A stretch of 64,000 nucleotides of DNA from contig NW_003314264.1 in NCBI RefSeq assembly GCF_000143415.4, positions 4,081,229-4,145,228 on the forward strand. Reading direction: 5' to 3'. Source of the DNA: Selaginella moellendorffii. Taxonomy: Eukaryota > Plantae > Lycopodiophyta. The translations under genes and the position numbers were made by a program. Under the pieces are notes generated by a model. That model saw nothing but the letters and a program-made list of their open reading frames with translations, searched no databases and was not told the DNA's origin. Below are positions 26,387 to 39,748 of the stretch, piece after piece. Each line of letters begins with the position of its first letter. Position 1 is the stretch's first letter.

Positions 26387-29300
26387 TCATCCCCTCATCT
26401 TGGAATAATGGAAGACTATTAGAGTTCTCTTGTAGATGGGCCAAGATCTAGAGGAACATCAGGAGGAGGCATTGGCAGATTTATAGGTGGTATTAACTAC
26501 TTCTAATCCCTTTGTATGAAATGTTTCAATTGCTACACATGCACAATCTCTAGAGGATTGGCTTGCTAGACGTCATGCCGAACCTCATAAACTTGTGGTC
26601 CCACTTGATGCAACACCCGATATAGTCTTTTCCATTGCATAACCTCTTAGATAAACCACGTACCATAAGATGGGGAAAACAGACAAACACTAAATAATCT
26701 ACTTTGTACTTTGCAGGAGGATAATGATGGGAGTTATAGTGTTGTTGTTGTCCCACTTATACATGGCCTAAGTGTTTGGTAGACTCTGCTCAGACAAATG
26801 GAAGAATGCTCATTAAATACTGATCCCACGACCTAGCATTAGCAACTCGTGGCAATGGCAAAGGTAAACCTAGCTCCGTTAGTAATATTAGATCATAACT
26901 ATATAGGAGTTTATATGGTAAAGCATTAATAGAACTTTGCACCCTTGTGACATATGCATACCGAAGAGATGGCAAATAACCATCCTAATTCGAATGCTGA
27001 AAATTCACATACTTCACAATTATCCCTTTGAATGTCCAAACAAGCTATTTCACCAAACCGTCTAATTGTGGATGATAAGCATTCGTGAAAGTGTGGCGTA
27101 TCCCCAACTGAGATATCAAAACATGAAGTGCCTCAGCCATAAATGCAGGACCATTATCCGAAAGAATCCGCTTTAGACAAGAATGTTGGAACGCCACTCA
27201 ATTGAGAAAGAAGTATCTAATAGCAGTTGCAAAGGCGCTAGCAAGAGCACCAACTTCCACCCAACAAGTTAAGTAGTTAGAAGCAATAATAACATACTTA
27301 TTGCCAGCTGTTGATCGTGGAAAAAGTCCCATAAAATCAAACGCCACCAACTCAAACAAACGGGAAATTGCAATTGACTCTAACAGTCCTTCTGTAGCAC
27401 GAGGGGGAGTATTATGAGCTTGGCACCAAACGCAGCTTCGCACATACCGGATAATATCATGTCACATCTCCGGCTAATAAAAAGACCTGTGCAGTTTCTT
27501 GGTTACCCGACGATATCCCATATGCCCACATAGAACAGAAGAATCATGGTAGGCATGAAGAAACTGCAGGAATAAAGACAGAAGGCACCACTAGCCGTAA
27601 ATGATCATCAGGATCTATCCCCACAAAATAAAGAAGGCCGTCTTCAAGGCAATATTAAAAATGTAAATGCCGGAAAGGTAAGTCATCAGCAAGTGATGCA
27701 AGATTCTCAAACCCATTTCGAAGCCTTCAAATCCATAGCTCAATCTTTTGAGCCTCACGAAGCTTATCAAGAGAAGGTAGATCTTGCTCTGCGCCTTGTG
27801 GATACTGAACGTCAAGTACAGCAACCACCGACGGCATAGAATCCTCGTTTAGAAAATCCACAGATGCTGGAACAACAAGCTCGTTAAAAACATGAGAATA
27901 GAGTGGAGAGGGAAGAGGAGCTCGAGAAAGGGCATTAACATTAGCCATAGAACTCCCTGGGTGATGAACAACATCAAAATCATATATTTGAAGCTTCAAA
28001 GCCCATTGAGCAGTACGACCAACCAGGTTCTTCTGTTTCAATAATGAAGTAACAACAACATGGTCACCTTCAAATAATGTCTGAGAACCATGTAGATATG
28101 CATGAAGTTTCTTGAAACCCTAGACTGCTGCTAAACACTCTTTATCTGTCGTGGAGTAATTCATCTCTGCTGGTTGTAATGTATGGCTTATATACACAAT
28201 AGGATAGCACTGACCAAGCACACTCGAGCTCTCTTGCATCAACACACCTCCAAGACCAATGTTAGAAAGCATCCATGCGCAAAATAAAAAGTCGAGTATA
28301 GTTAAAATATGCCAAAATTGGAGGAGTCGTCAATAACTCTTTGAAATCCATGAATGCCCACTCACAATCCGAAAACCAAATGAAAGATGACGTTAATGAC
28401 TTTAGCAATGCTCGTAACGGTGCAGTGCAATTAGAGAGATGATCCACAAAACGACCGAGATACTGCACCTTGCCCAAGAAGTGTTGCATATCATTCACAC
28501 ACTTCGGAGTAGGGAACTTTAGAACAGCCACAATTTTGTCAAGATCAACTTATAAACCTTCACGAGAAATACGGTACCCAAGATAAGTCGTGTCCTTGGA
28601 CCCAAACATGCACTTTGATCGCTTTAGCTTTAAACCAACGTCGCGTAATCGATCTAACACTTTACAAACATCACGAACGTGCTCCTCCCACGTCCCCTCC
28701 GAGTGGATCAAGACATCATCAATGAAGTCAGCAGTCACCTCCAGTATATTACAAAGAACTTTGTCCATCATCCGCTGGAAAGTTGCTGGAGCATTGTTCA
28801 AACCAAACGGCATCACCAAGAACTCGCACAAACCAAATGCTATACGAAAAACAATCTTAGGAATATCTTCTTCGGCCATCAATACTTGCCAGCACCTAGA
28901 AGTAAGATCTAGTTTGGTGAATTAACGACTTTGCCCCAAACAATCCAAGAGATCAGCAGTGTAAGGAAGAGGGTACACATTGGGGATTGTCACTTCGTTT
29001 AATGGACGATAGTCAATATAGAAACAAATACTCCCATCAAGCTTCGTCATAAGATGAAGTTCACATGCCCAAGGACTTTACGACTTTCTAATAACACCCT
29101 TCTCTAACATCTCCTTAATGTTTGTAGGTAAAATCTTGATCTCCTTGAGTGACCGACAATGAATAGGAACTTTAATTGGACAAGCATCCCTGATTGGAAT
29201 CGGATGATGTGTGGCAGACGATAAGTCAAATTCAAAGAGATTAGAATACTCCTTCATGAGCCGGCTACCACACAAAGATTGTTGGAGGGATTGAATAAGG

Positions 29301-30702
29301 GAAGAGCAGAACAAGACGGAAACATAGGAGGAAATAGTGGGGGAATAAAAGTAATGGAAGCAAAAGTAGAAGTAAAAGGACAAAAAAGTATGGAAGTGAG
29401 AGGAATGGATGAAACATAAGAAAGTATGAAACAAGGGGGAGAAGCCTCAATGTCATACTTGGTATGATTGCACTGCAACTAATCTATACCAAGAATGAGG
29501 TCAAAAGCTTAACTTGGCACCACCCGCAATGATTGTAACTCAAGCTCGAAATTGCCCACATGCACAACCAGATCCACCTCATCCCGTGCACATGCATGTG
29601 TATGGCTATTGCTATAAAGAATGAAAATTGGTTCCGCCGCACAATGCAAGTGTAGACAGCAACGTGTGGCAACAGGTCAAGCAATAAAAGATAAACTCGA
29701 ACCTATATCAATTAACACGGAGAGAATAATAGGAGGCCTCTTGTTATAAAAACAAGCTTGGAAAGTAAACATAGAATAAACTAGTGCCGAGTGAACCCCT
29801 TGATGATACTCTCAAAAGAAAGATGAAGGGGTCACTGACTTATTCGTGCAAGGTCCATCCATTACTCACGTGACTCCTCATTTCCTGGATGCATCTCGGT
29901 GTCCAAACCTTCCACTGTAGCAGCACCAATAGGACGTTGCTGACGCCAAGGTCTCCACCCAGGAAATAGAGGTTGCCAATTTAGAAAATGCCGACAACAC
30001 CGATAAATATGATCAACTTCATCACACGCCCAGTAGTGAACATCACGGCCACAACCACATCCTCACCCTTGTCCTTGGACTCGAGCAATAGCAGCATCAA
30101 TCTCCATTGGAACAGGACTATCACCCATAGGAAGTGGAGCTAAAGGATGTGCAACGATAAATGGAAGAGGTGACGTCTCATAACGTTGTGCCAAGCGAAG
30201 AGCATCGTCAAAGGTGGCGGGAGCAAGTGTATGCACAAGTCCAACAAGATTTTGACGAAGTGTTGGCCACAACATTTTTAGCTTGAACCGCTCTGACATA
30301 TTTGGCTCCACACGAAACAAAAGACTTCGAAAACAAATGCCAAATTGCATCACCGATTCAGATGGCCCTTGGCAAAGACGATGCTATTGTTGGAAGGCAT
30401 TATCACAATCGTCGGTATGTCCGAAGGCGCATTTGAAGTCGTTCGGGAGAACACTCCAATCCCCACGAGTGGCTGCGCTCAAACTATTGTACTATTGCAA
30501 TGCCATCCCTTGGAGGCACGTGGGAAACTCATGCAAATGTCAAGCATCGTCCCACAAATAATATGTGGCAATCACCGTGAAGTGATCGAACTAATGGTAC
30601 ACATCATCCCCAGGATTCCCGCAAAAGAACTCTGGCCGAACGTGAGGACTGGCACCAAGAGCAGGATGAGTTGTACCATGTGCCGTGAACGCTGCCATTA
30701 AC

Positions 30703-31190
30703 TGAGTTTGGTTGTTCAATTGCAAACGCATAGCATCATACCAAGTATTGCTCCAGAGTCAAAAAAGGAGATTGCTGATCTGCCATGAAGATGAACGAAA
30801 AAGAAAGAGCAAAAGAAGAAAAATGACAAAAAGCTAGAAGGAATGGTAGGTCTAAACAATGAAAAAGTTAGATTTAAACCAAAATCCTGAAAAGAAAGAA
30901 CAAAATGAAGGAAATGGAAAAAGCTAAATCTAAACAATGTAAAAGTTAGATATAAACCAAAATCCCAAATCCAAATACTCTTCAAGGACAATCAAAGGTG
31001 CCCCTTACTTCTACTAATGTGAGTGTTTAGAATATGGAAAGGGAATTTAGAAATGTGCATATTAATTAGCCCAAAAACCTTAGTTTATATACAGGAGTGA
31101 GTGGTCTAGATTGAAACCAATCCAAGTTACCAAAATCCTACTACACTAATATTAGTATACGGCATCGTAGCCGTACACTTGGCCCTTACA
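30703..31190 (-). repeat. Gypsy 5' LTR (about 490 bp; 3' boundary approximate)
   Basis: Starts TGTAAGGGCCAAGTG at 31190 (minus) and is followed by TGGCAGCG, a possible PBS, before gag. Confidence 0.75.
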
Positions 31191-31502
31191 ACTACAAATT
31201 ATCTTATGAGTGCAAAGTAATATACCACAAAGATGCATATTTCTATATTTAATGCCCTCATGGCTTTTGATTTTTCTAAATTGAAAACTATTGAAAATAT
31301 ACATGTCAGAATCTAAAACAATATGAAGAGAAATTAACAATAAAAATATTTTTTATTTAATAAATATTGTAAAGTATTATATTTTTTGTTATGTTTCTTT
31401 GAAATATTTAAATTATAGTATATTAATTTTTTTCTTGATTAACAGATATGATAACTAAGCCCCTAAGCTAGTATAAATAGTTGATAATTATTTTTTGAAA
31501 TG

Positions 31503-33150
31503 TGTGAGGCCTAAGTGTACAGTTACAATGCCATATACTATTATTAGTTTAATAGAATTTTGGTAGCTATTAAATTTGTTTCAATCTGGTTTTGGTAGCC
31601 ATTGAATTGGTTTAAATCCAACCATTTGCTCCTATATATAAGTTAAGGTTTTGAGCTAATTGAATATGCATATTTTTCAATATTCTCTACAGTCACATTA
31701 GTGGAGGTGAAAAATAGCTTTAATTGTCCCTTAATAGTGCTTGGATTTGTGCTTTTGGTTTAAATTTAACTTTTGTAAGCAACTAAATAGACAATTCAAA
31801 AATTTAAATATAGAGGGAAAATGACTCATAAACAAAAGTGCAATCCCTTTTTTATGGGTCTTGGGATATTTACAATTAAGAGTAGTGTTATATATAGGTA
31901 CCTACAAAAAATTCAAGTCCTCCCATATTATATATGCCTCTTTTAGGTAATTGGGGCTTGAGATTTGTCCAGGTCAACTTGGTAATGTCCTAGGCCTTGA
32001 TTCCGAGTCTGGGATCATTCGAGTCAACTATGGAGAAACCTTGGTAGTACACAAAAAAAAACAAAAAAACTTAAGGTGAATTAGGGCAAATTAAAGGCCA
32101 TTAAAAATCACCACATATAATGACTTTAGAGTATCAATTGGTGCAGTTGCTTGATGTTATGTTATTGTAATTGAACAATTAAACTCAATTGATAGTGGCA
32201 TTTATAATACATGGTGCAACTCCTCCTACTAATTCTCATGTCCAACAAATGTTCTTCTATAGGAATCCTTTCCATTGATTTGATCAATTTACAGTGATTA
32301 CCACCTATCATTCTTGGGATAATACCTAATGTCTTGCTCAACTTTCCCACTTGTTTTCAAAGGATAGTGTTACAGTAGTACAATAATTTGAGCGTAACCA
32401 CTCGTGCGGATTAAAACATTCTCTTAGATATCTTCAAGCGTATATTTAGCATACTATAATTGTGATGATGCCTTTTAGCAATTGTATCATCTTGAATCAA
32501 TGATGCAATTTGGCATTCACTTTTAGATTCTTTTGCTTCATTTGGAGGCTAAATATGTCAAAAAAAATTAAGTTGGGAATATTGTAGTTAACGTTTCATT
32601 AATATCTTATGGAACTTGTGCATGAACTTGCTTAAGGTGTTTTTGACACCATTCTTCAATTAAAACAATATTATGAGACATCACCTCTCCCACTTATCGT
32701 TGCATAGACTTTCTATAGGAGATAATTTTGTTTTGATGAAGGTTGACTTTGTTATTGCCCAAGTTCAAAAAAAAAGGTGAGGATGTGGTTGTGGCCATAA
32801 TGTTCACTATTAAGTGTGTGATAAGGTTAGCCATATATATTAGCGTTGTCAATATTTTCTGAATTGACATCCTTTATTTTCTTGGTGTTAATAATGTTAT
32901 GTTGGTGTTGTTACAATGGAAGGTTTTAACACAGAGATTCTTTTGGGAAATAAAGAATCATGCAATTAGTGGGGGGTTCTTACACAAATAAGTTAGTGAC
33001 CTTTTTATCCTTTTTTGGGGGAGTATTATCAAAGGATTCACTTGGTACAAATTTATTAGTGTTTACTTTCAAGCTTGTTTTTATAACAAAAGGTAGGTTT
33101 ATAAAGTTTATAAAGTTAATGTGATGGGTTTATAAATTCTACATCACTTA
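31503..33150 (+). mobile_element. Older inverted copy of the same Gypsy family (LTR plus gag remnant)
   Basis: TGTGAGGCCTAAGTGTAC at 31503 matches the LTR. 32160-32350 matches the gag region, and 33021-33095 is the reverse complement of about 29740-29812. Confidence 0.8.
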
Positions 33151-33184
33151 CTCATTACTTATTGTTATGGCATTTATATTCTCA

Positions 33185-36100
33185 ATATGACTTTGAGCGA
33201 ATAGCCAAAGGTGGACTTGCATGTGTCACAGTCTCCCCCAAAATCAGCATCACAGTAGCCTGTGAGGGTAAGCACTTTTCACTGGTAGCACAATCCAAGG
33301 TAAGTAGTACCTCGAAGGTACCTGAAGATGCATTTCACCGCTGCCCAATGTTGAGATCCAGGATTAGCCAGGAATTGGCTAACTTTGCTCACGGCAAAAG
33401 AAATATCTAGGCATGTACAAACAGCTGGATACATGAGACTGCCAACAGCTTGTCTGTAAGGGATGGAGTCCATGGCTCTCTTGTCGTCCTCTGTCTCAGG
33501 AGACATGGCTCGTGAAAGCTGGCAGCCTAGTTCCATTGGTGTCGCCACTGGATTAGAGCTCGTCATAGAAAACCTTCGCTCTTTATGTTGATGATACTCT
33601 TGTCATCCATAATCATCGCTTAATGTTTCTCCAGGTTAAGCGAGATCTTTGCAGCCAATTTGAGATGAAAACTCTTGGCTCGGCTTCCTACTTTCTTGGC
33701 ATGGAACTTGTGCGTGATACTATCTATCTTCACCAAGCCAAGTAATGATTCACCCTCCACCCGAATATAAAGATTCGGGTCTGCCTCGCTACGGGAAAAG
33801 CCCACACTTAGTATAAAATCGTCAAAGCGTTTGTACCAAGATCTGGGTGCTTGTTTCAAGCTGTAGACAGCTTTCTTGAGAAGCCAGAGATGATCCTCTT
33901 TTCCAGCGGCTAGAAATCCTTCTGGCTGTGCCATATAGATTTCTTCTTCAAGCGCACCATAAAGAAATGCCGTGGTCACATCCATCTGTTCCAGATCAAA
34001 GTCTCCCACCGCAGCAAAATTAATCAAGGAACGAAGAGTAGAATGCTTAACCACTGGAGCAAAGGTGTCGTTGTAGTCAAGTCCAGGAACTTGCGAGCAT
34101 CCTTTCGCCACCAATCGCGCCTTGTAGCGAACCGAGGAGGCGGTGGGGTTGGTGGTGTTGGAGTAGAAGCGGGCATGGGTTGTTGCGTAGGGACTGTTTG
34201 AAGCGGCACAGTGATCGTGCCGACAGTCAACTGATCTTGTTCCGCTTCAACGTCATTTTCTTCGGTCAAGGTAGGTCTGGAAGTAGAACCTTGACTAGAA
34301 GGAAGAAACGAATTCTCGTTGAAAACCACATCTCTGCTCAGGATCTCCTGCTTCGTGATTGGATTCCAGAGACGATAGGCTTTGTGATCGAGGCTGTAGC
34401 CCACAAACACAGACTTCTGGCTCTTGGGGTCCAATTTCTTGCGCATTCCATCAGGGATGTGTGCCCACGCTTCACACCCGAATATTCTCAGATGCGTAAC
34501 TGTAGGTTTCTTGCCACTCCATGAGGAGATAGTTCGCCGTCAAGACAGCGTGAAACCAGAAGCTGCGAGGCAAACCACTGGAAAGTAGCATTGCCCGAGC
34601 ACTCTCCACTAGTGTGCGACTCTTGCGCTCAGCTACGCCATTCTGTTGTGGAGTCTCTCGCGTTGTAAGTTCTCGCACAATCCCTCCTTGCTCACACAGC
34701 TGGTTGAAAGCATTGGAAGTGAATTCGCCTCCACCATCACTTCTCAATCGCTTGAGCATTTTCCCAGTTTGTGTTTCGCCCATATCCTTGAAAGTCTGGA
34801 AGTAGTGTAACGATTGGGATTTGCGAGCCATAGGGTAGATCATAGTGCGACGACTGTAGTCATCAATGAAACTGATAAAGTATTGGATACCTCCCACTGC
34901 TGTGGTGGCCATCGGGCCACACACATCAGTGTGTACAAGTTCCATGAGCTCTGTAGCTCGAGATGCTCCAGTCTTGGGGAAAGGTTGGCGAGTAGATTTT
35001 CCGAGCTGACAGCCCTGGCAAAATGGAAGAACGGCTCTTGGGTCCAGGTCTAGACCTTCAACCATCTGCTCGCGTGCGAGCTGCTTGATTCTATCAGCAC
35101 TAGGATGCCCCAGGCGTGCGTGCCAAAGCTCCAGTGAGTGACTGGTCGTTGTCTTTTGTACGTGTAGGCCCAGACTCCGTCCAGCAAGATCTGGCAGCAT
35201 GGTAAGGCGGTAGAGATCACGCCGTCCAGGCCGGGACGCTGTGAGGATGGCTCCTGTGGTCGAGATCAGCTGGAATTGGCGAGGTGTAATGGCGAACTGA
35301 TACCCATCCTCAGCAAATTGTCCCACAGAGAACAAATTAGCACATAAACCAGGAATATAAAGAACCTCGTGGATCTTTACGACTATTAACATAGGCTTCA
35401 AAGTACTTATCACTGTTGAACATATGGTCTGTAGCAGCAGAATCCAGGTAGATGCACTCTGCAGACAGTGCTGCCACAGCCATAGCTCGTGACAAGATGA
35501 AGGCGTGTACCACCTTTTTCTTTGCATTGTTCCTTACAGGCTTGAGAGATGGATTTTTCACCCAGCATTGAGCTTCGTCATGGCCTTTCTTGTTGCAATG
35601 AGAACACTTGGGCTTCTTGGATGAAGAGGCTCCTTGTTTCCCTTTGTTCACTGGTTCTTTCCTGAGAGAAGAGTAGAATGCAACGGCCTCTGATCCTGTT
35701 GTTGCTCTTCGTCTCAGATCATCGTCCTGGAGGCTACTGATCACGCCATTCAGGGTTAGAGGAGTTCCAGTGGTAGTGAGGCTACGTATGAGAGGATCAA
35801 AGGATGGAGGAAGTGTGACGAGCACCAGCTCTGCTTCTTCTTCATCCTCTATGGTTGCTCCCACATCCTTAAGATCATCTAAGATGGTTCTCACAGCAGC
35901 AAGATGATCCTTGAGGTCGTCCCCTTCAGCCATCACCAGTGCATGAAGCTGCTTCCGTAAAAAAATGCGATGGGATGTTGAAGGGATCTGGTAAGTCTGC
36001 TTCATGGCCTCCCACGCTTCCTTTGCACTCTTGCACCGTCCAATGCAATGGAATTCTCGCCCCTCCAGCGCTGCATGGAATTTGCCCAAAGCTCTCCGGT

Positions 36101-36689
36101 CCTTCTTGCGATACTTCGCAGTTTCATCCACTGTAGCTGTATCTGGAAGTGTCTCAGTTCCTGTGGTGATGTCCCAGAGGCCTCGTTCATCCATATAGGA
36201 TTCGAATTTTGTCTTCCAGAAGCGCCAGTTCCTCCCATCAAATTTTGGTGGATTTGCGTCCACTGAAACGATATCCGCTGTAGGCACAGTCGGATTTGTG
36301 ATGGGAGGGGAAATAGGTGGTGGATTTGGAGGCGGATTTGTAGGAACAGTGGCTGCCATGGGTGCCGACACCCAATCCCACCACTCGTTCAAGTCTAGGT
36401 CCAGGTTCTTAGTTGGAGCGTTTGGATTAGGGCACGCCTCTGTCTACGTAGACGGAGGCTCCGATTCACCCTAGCAAGTGTCGCCCTGATCCTACGGTTT
36501 CGAATTCTTCTCGCTCTCCCAGGCATTGCTCCGATACCATCTAACGAAAGGTGAAACCGTGTGATGGTGCTCAAGATCCGTCATAGCATATATGGAATGG
36601 AAAATGTACATATATGTGACATGGTGAACCGGTGAAGACTCGTGTCTCTCTACGTGGACTTGCCACGTGGCACAGGGCCACTCTCAACA
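33185..36689 (-). mobile_element. Ty1/Copia LTR retrotransposon, defective (internal deletions, inversion, 3' truncation)
   Basis: gag KFDGRNW and CSHCNKKGHDEAQC knuckle, protease YLDSAATDHM, integrase LWHARLGH/VHTDVCGP/RSDGGGEF, RT QMDVTTAFL and YRQAVGSL, RNase H start GYCDAD. tRNA-iMet PBS TGGTATCGGAGC at 36539-36528; short 5' LTR starting TGTTG at 36689. Confidence 0.93.
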
Positions 36690-37020
36690 AGATCATGCAT
36701 ATTGGAGCCTTTTCTACCCCAAGTCCCCATAACCTTCATAAACAGTTATCTATCTATCTATCTGGCACTGGGCTTCTGTTTTGTGAGCCACCCACAAATC
36801 GTTGGCCTTGGCTTGTGATATTTGAGATTGCTCAATGTTAAAAACAATTTTAAAAAGATGACTGAAGCTCTAGACGTTGGGCCTCTTTCCATATATTATA
36901 TAGTTAGCTAAATCCCTTAGTTTAACGTATTATATTTTTGAAAAAAGTTCTATTTTATGCAACTTTTAGACATTGCTTTTATGGTTTATAAATCCTTTAC
37001 TGTTAGCTTTAAACCTCTTC

Positions 37021-38655
37021 CTATATGCTTCGATTCTGTAGCTGCAAAAGCCTGTAGGCCCTGCTCGCAGCGTAATTTCCCAGCTTGAGCTCCTGTTGTA
37101 GCTTGCAAGCACCAGCCAAAGTGCTCCATGCAACATCGTTGGGAAAGAATGGCATGTTGTTGATCAGTTCATCGGCCTGACTGAGCTCCCCCGACCTCGC
37201 AAGTATGTCCACCATGCAAGCATAATGCTCCGCCGCGGGAGTCAATCCAAACTGCGACACCATGCTTGTGAAGCACCACCAGCTGATCTTTACAAGCCCC
37301 GCATGGCTGCACGCGATGATTACGCCCAGAAATGATACCTGGTTCGCCTTGAATCCTTGCACGACCATATCCAGCAGCAACTCCACACACTCGTGGACGC
37401 ATCCAATGCGCGCAAACGCTGCAATGAGCGAGTTCCACGACAGCAAATCTCTGCCGGGCATCCTCTCGAACACCCGCTTGGAGGAGCTCGGCTGGCCGTT
37501 CAATGCGTACATGGCCAGCACGGAGTTCCACGACGCCACCTGAGAGTGCGGCATTTGCGTGAGGATCCTCATGGCGTCTTCGACGTAGCCGCTCTGGCCA
37601 AAGACCACAATAATCGAGTTCCACGACACGGAGCTTCGCGCGGGCATCGTGTCGAATATCAACTTCGCCTCCTCGACCCGGCACTGCTGACCATATATTC
37701 GAATGAGCACCGTCCATGAGACGACGTCCTTCTCGGGCATGGCATCAAAGATCCTCTTGGCCTGGCGGAGATGCCCGTTTTGGGCGTAAGCAGCAATCAA
37801 GGTGTTCCATGACACGGCATTCCACTCGGGCATCCTGTCGAAAGTCCGCTGTGCTTGCTGCAAGTAGCCGGACTGCCCGTATGCGTCCACCATGGCTGTC
37901 CAGGAAATAATGTTCCTCTCGGGCATCCCCGCAAAGAGCCTCTTGGCCGCCTCCAGCTCGCCATTCAAGACGTAAGCCTGAAAGAGAGCGTTCCACGACG
38001 CGGTGTTGTGCTCCGGCATCCGGTGGAACAAGCGCTCGGCCTGGCGGAGGTCCGAGTTCTCGCCATACCCCGAGATCATGGAGTTCCACGAGACCAAGCT
38101 CAAGAAAGGCATCTTGACAAACAGCCCCACAGCTTCATTTAAATGCCCGTTTTGGGCAAATGCTGCAACCATAGCGGACCATGCCACAAGATTTCTCTCC
38201 GGCATTTCATCGAAAACCATCTTTGCTTCTATCAAATAGTTGCTTTGTGCAAAAGCTACAAGCATGCTCGTCCACGACACGACGTTTCTCTCGGGCATGG
38301 CTTGGAAGAGTTTTCTTGCTTCCTCGACATGCCCGTTCCGGGCATATGCTTGGATCATGATGCTCCAGCTGAAAACGTTGGGGTCCCGGATGCTGGCAAA
38401 GATCCTCTGGGCCTCCTCGACGCTTCCGCAGTCGCCATACATCTGGACGAGGATATTGGCCACGAATCTATCGTCCCGGAACTCGCTGTCCAGAATGCGC
38501 GAGTGGAGAAGCCTTGCCTGCGTTAGATCACCCACCTCGCGCACCAGACGCTCGATCAAATCGCGACGCTCCTGCCGCCGCTGCTGGAGTTGGGTTCCCA
38601 GTCGCTCTCGCGGCTCCGATCCGTGTCGACACAGCGGATCGGCGCAAAGATTCAT
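37021..38655 (-). CDS. PLS-class PPR protein ending within the E domain (no DYW), single exon
   Basis: Tandem 31-aa repeats MPERN.VSW..M..AY.QNG, followed by ACSHAG, HYACMVDILARSG and MPFFPNDVAWSTL, then a stop. Confidence 0.9.
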   Translation of the reverse strand: MNLCADPLCRHGSEPRERLGTQLQQRRQERRDLIERLVREVGDLTQARLLHSRILDSEFRDDRFVANILVQMYGDCGSVEEAQRIFASIRDPNVFSWSIMIQAYARNGHVEEARKLFQAMPERNVVSWTSMLVAFAQSNYLIEAKMVFDEMPERNLVAWSAMVAAFAQNGHLNEAVGLFVKMPFLSLVSWNSMISGYGENSDLRQAERLFHRMPEHNTASWNALFQAYVLNGELEAAKRLFAGMPERNIISWTAMVDAYGQSGYLQQAQRTFDRMPEWNAVSWNTLIAAYAQNGHLRQAKRIFDAMPEKDVVSWTVLIRIYGQQCRVEEAKLIFDTMPARSSVSWNSIIVVFGQSGYVEDAMRILTQMPHSQVASWNSVLAMYALNGQPSSSKRVFERMPGRDLLSWNSLIAAFARIGCVHECVELLLDMVVQGFKANQVSFLGVIIACSHAGLVKISWWCFTSMVSQFGLTPAAEHYACMVDILARSGELSQADELINNMPFFPNDVAWSTLAGACKLQQELKLGNYAASRAYRLLQLQNRSI

Positions 38656-39748
38656 TCCATACAAGTTTTTCTTCTTTTGTGATTTGGCAAAACTACCAGT
38701 GTCTGCAAGTTTTCAAGAGGACCACTTCATTCTCTTTCGAATATTACAACAAGCAATGATCTTAGGTGATTCTCTACTTGATTATTGGAAAACCAAAGCA
38801 TCATCCTTCTCTCTTTTTCTTTCTCTCTTTTCTCTTTCATGCCAATTTGAAGAGAAGAAACCATTTTCACGAAGGAAAATGGGGATCATGCATTGCGGCT
38901 AGATAAACCCAAAGGATCAAATCATTGTCAACGGGAGTGAGCTAAAGAAAGAACTCATCCACTTTGCGTGGCAAACTTATTTGCTTTCTTTTTTTTCGTG
39001 CTCCCGTTTCTCGAAACAGTACGGACATTCGAATGGAAGAATCAAAAGTTGACTCTTGTGAGTGAGGGCGCTTAACAATAATTTGATTGCGGTTTGCTTA
39101 ATTCCGGGACTTACATTTTAAATCCTCGCAAAAGACACACATCCCATCTCATTTGTACACGGTACAACAAAAACACACACCCAAACACACACTCTCTCTC
39201 GTAGTTCCCTTTACATTCTTTTAGCGCTTTAGTTCTCTTCTCTGGGGTGATCTTTGCCTTGCGGCTTGCCCTTCCCAAAATCGCAAGCTTGCGCGCCCAC
39301 TTCGATGATCCAGCAGTATGCAAGCGCTGGCTCTAGAAGCTCGCCACCAGCAGCAGCGCGCTTTGCCGGGGATGATCCTCTTCTTCCTAGTGATCATGCG
39401 GCTTCCTTTGGATGAGATCCATGTCACAGCTTCCTCGATCACGATCCCACCACCACTTGCTCCCCACAGATCCCAAGATATGAGCAGGAAGAACACCACC
39501 ACCGCCACCACTGCCGTGCTACAATCGAGTTCGAGGGGCGACAAAGTTTCCTCTTCTGTCCAAAAGTCTCGGTTTTGATCCACTCGTCGATCCATCCATG
39601 GCTTTGTGTAGTGATCAGTCACCTCCACTGAGTGATACTTCGATTTGATATCACTTACACATCTTGGGAGTGATCTTGATCCTAGGAGAGGAAAGGAAGT
39701 AAACAAGCGAGAAGGGGGAACGGTCGACTATCAAATCACTCCCCCGGA

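Larger units (their letters stand above)
26215..31190 (-). mobile_element. Ty3/Gypsy LTR retrotransposon, degenerate (gag-PR-RT-RH-INT)
   Basis: RT MPFGLNNAPATFQR and DFIDDVLI, RNase H ILRMDA and QWALKLQIYDFDVVH, integrase VAFDFMG. PPT AAGATGAGGGGATGA abuts the 3' LTR. Many in-frame stops. Confidence 0.93.

Noticed and set aside
39318-39578. 86-aa ORF upstream of the GARP gene
   Set aside because: No known conserved-peptide uORF similarity that I recognise, and the TSS is unknown.
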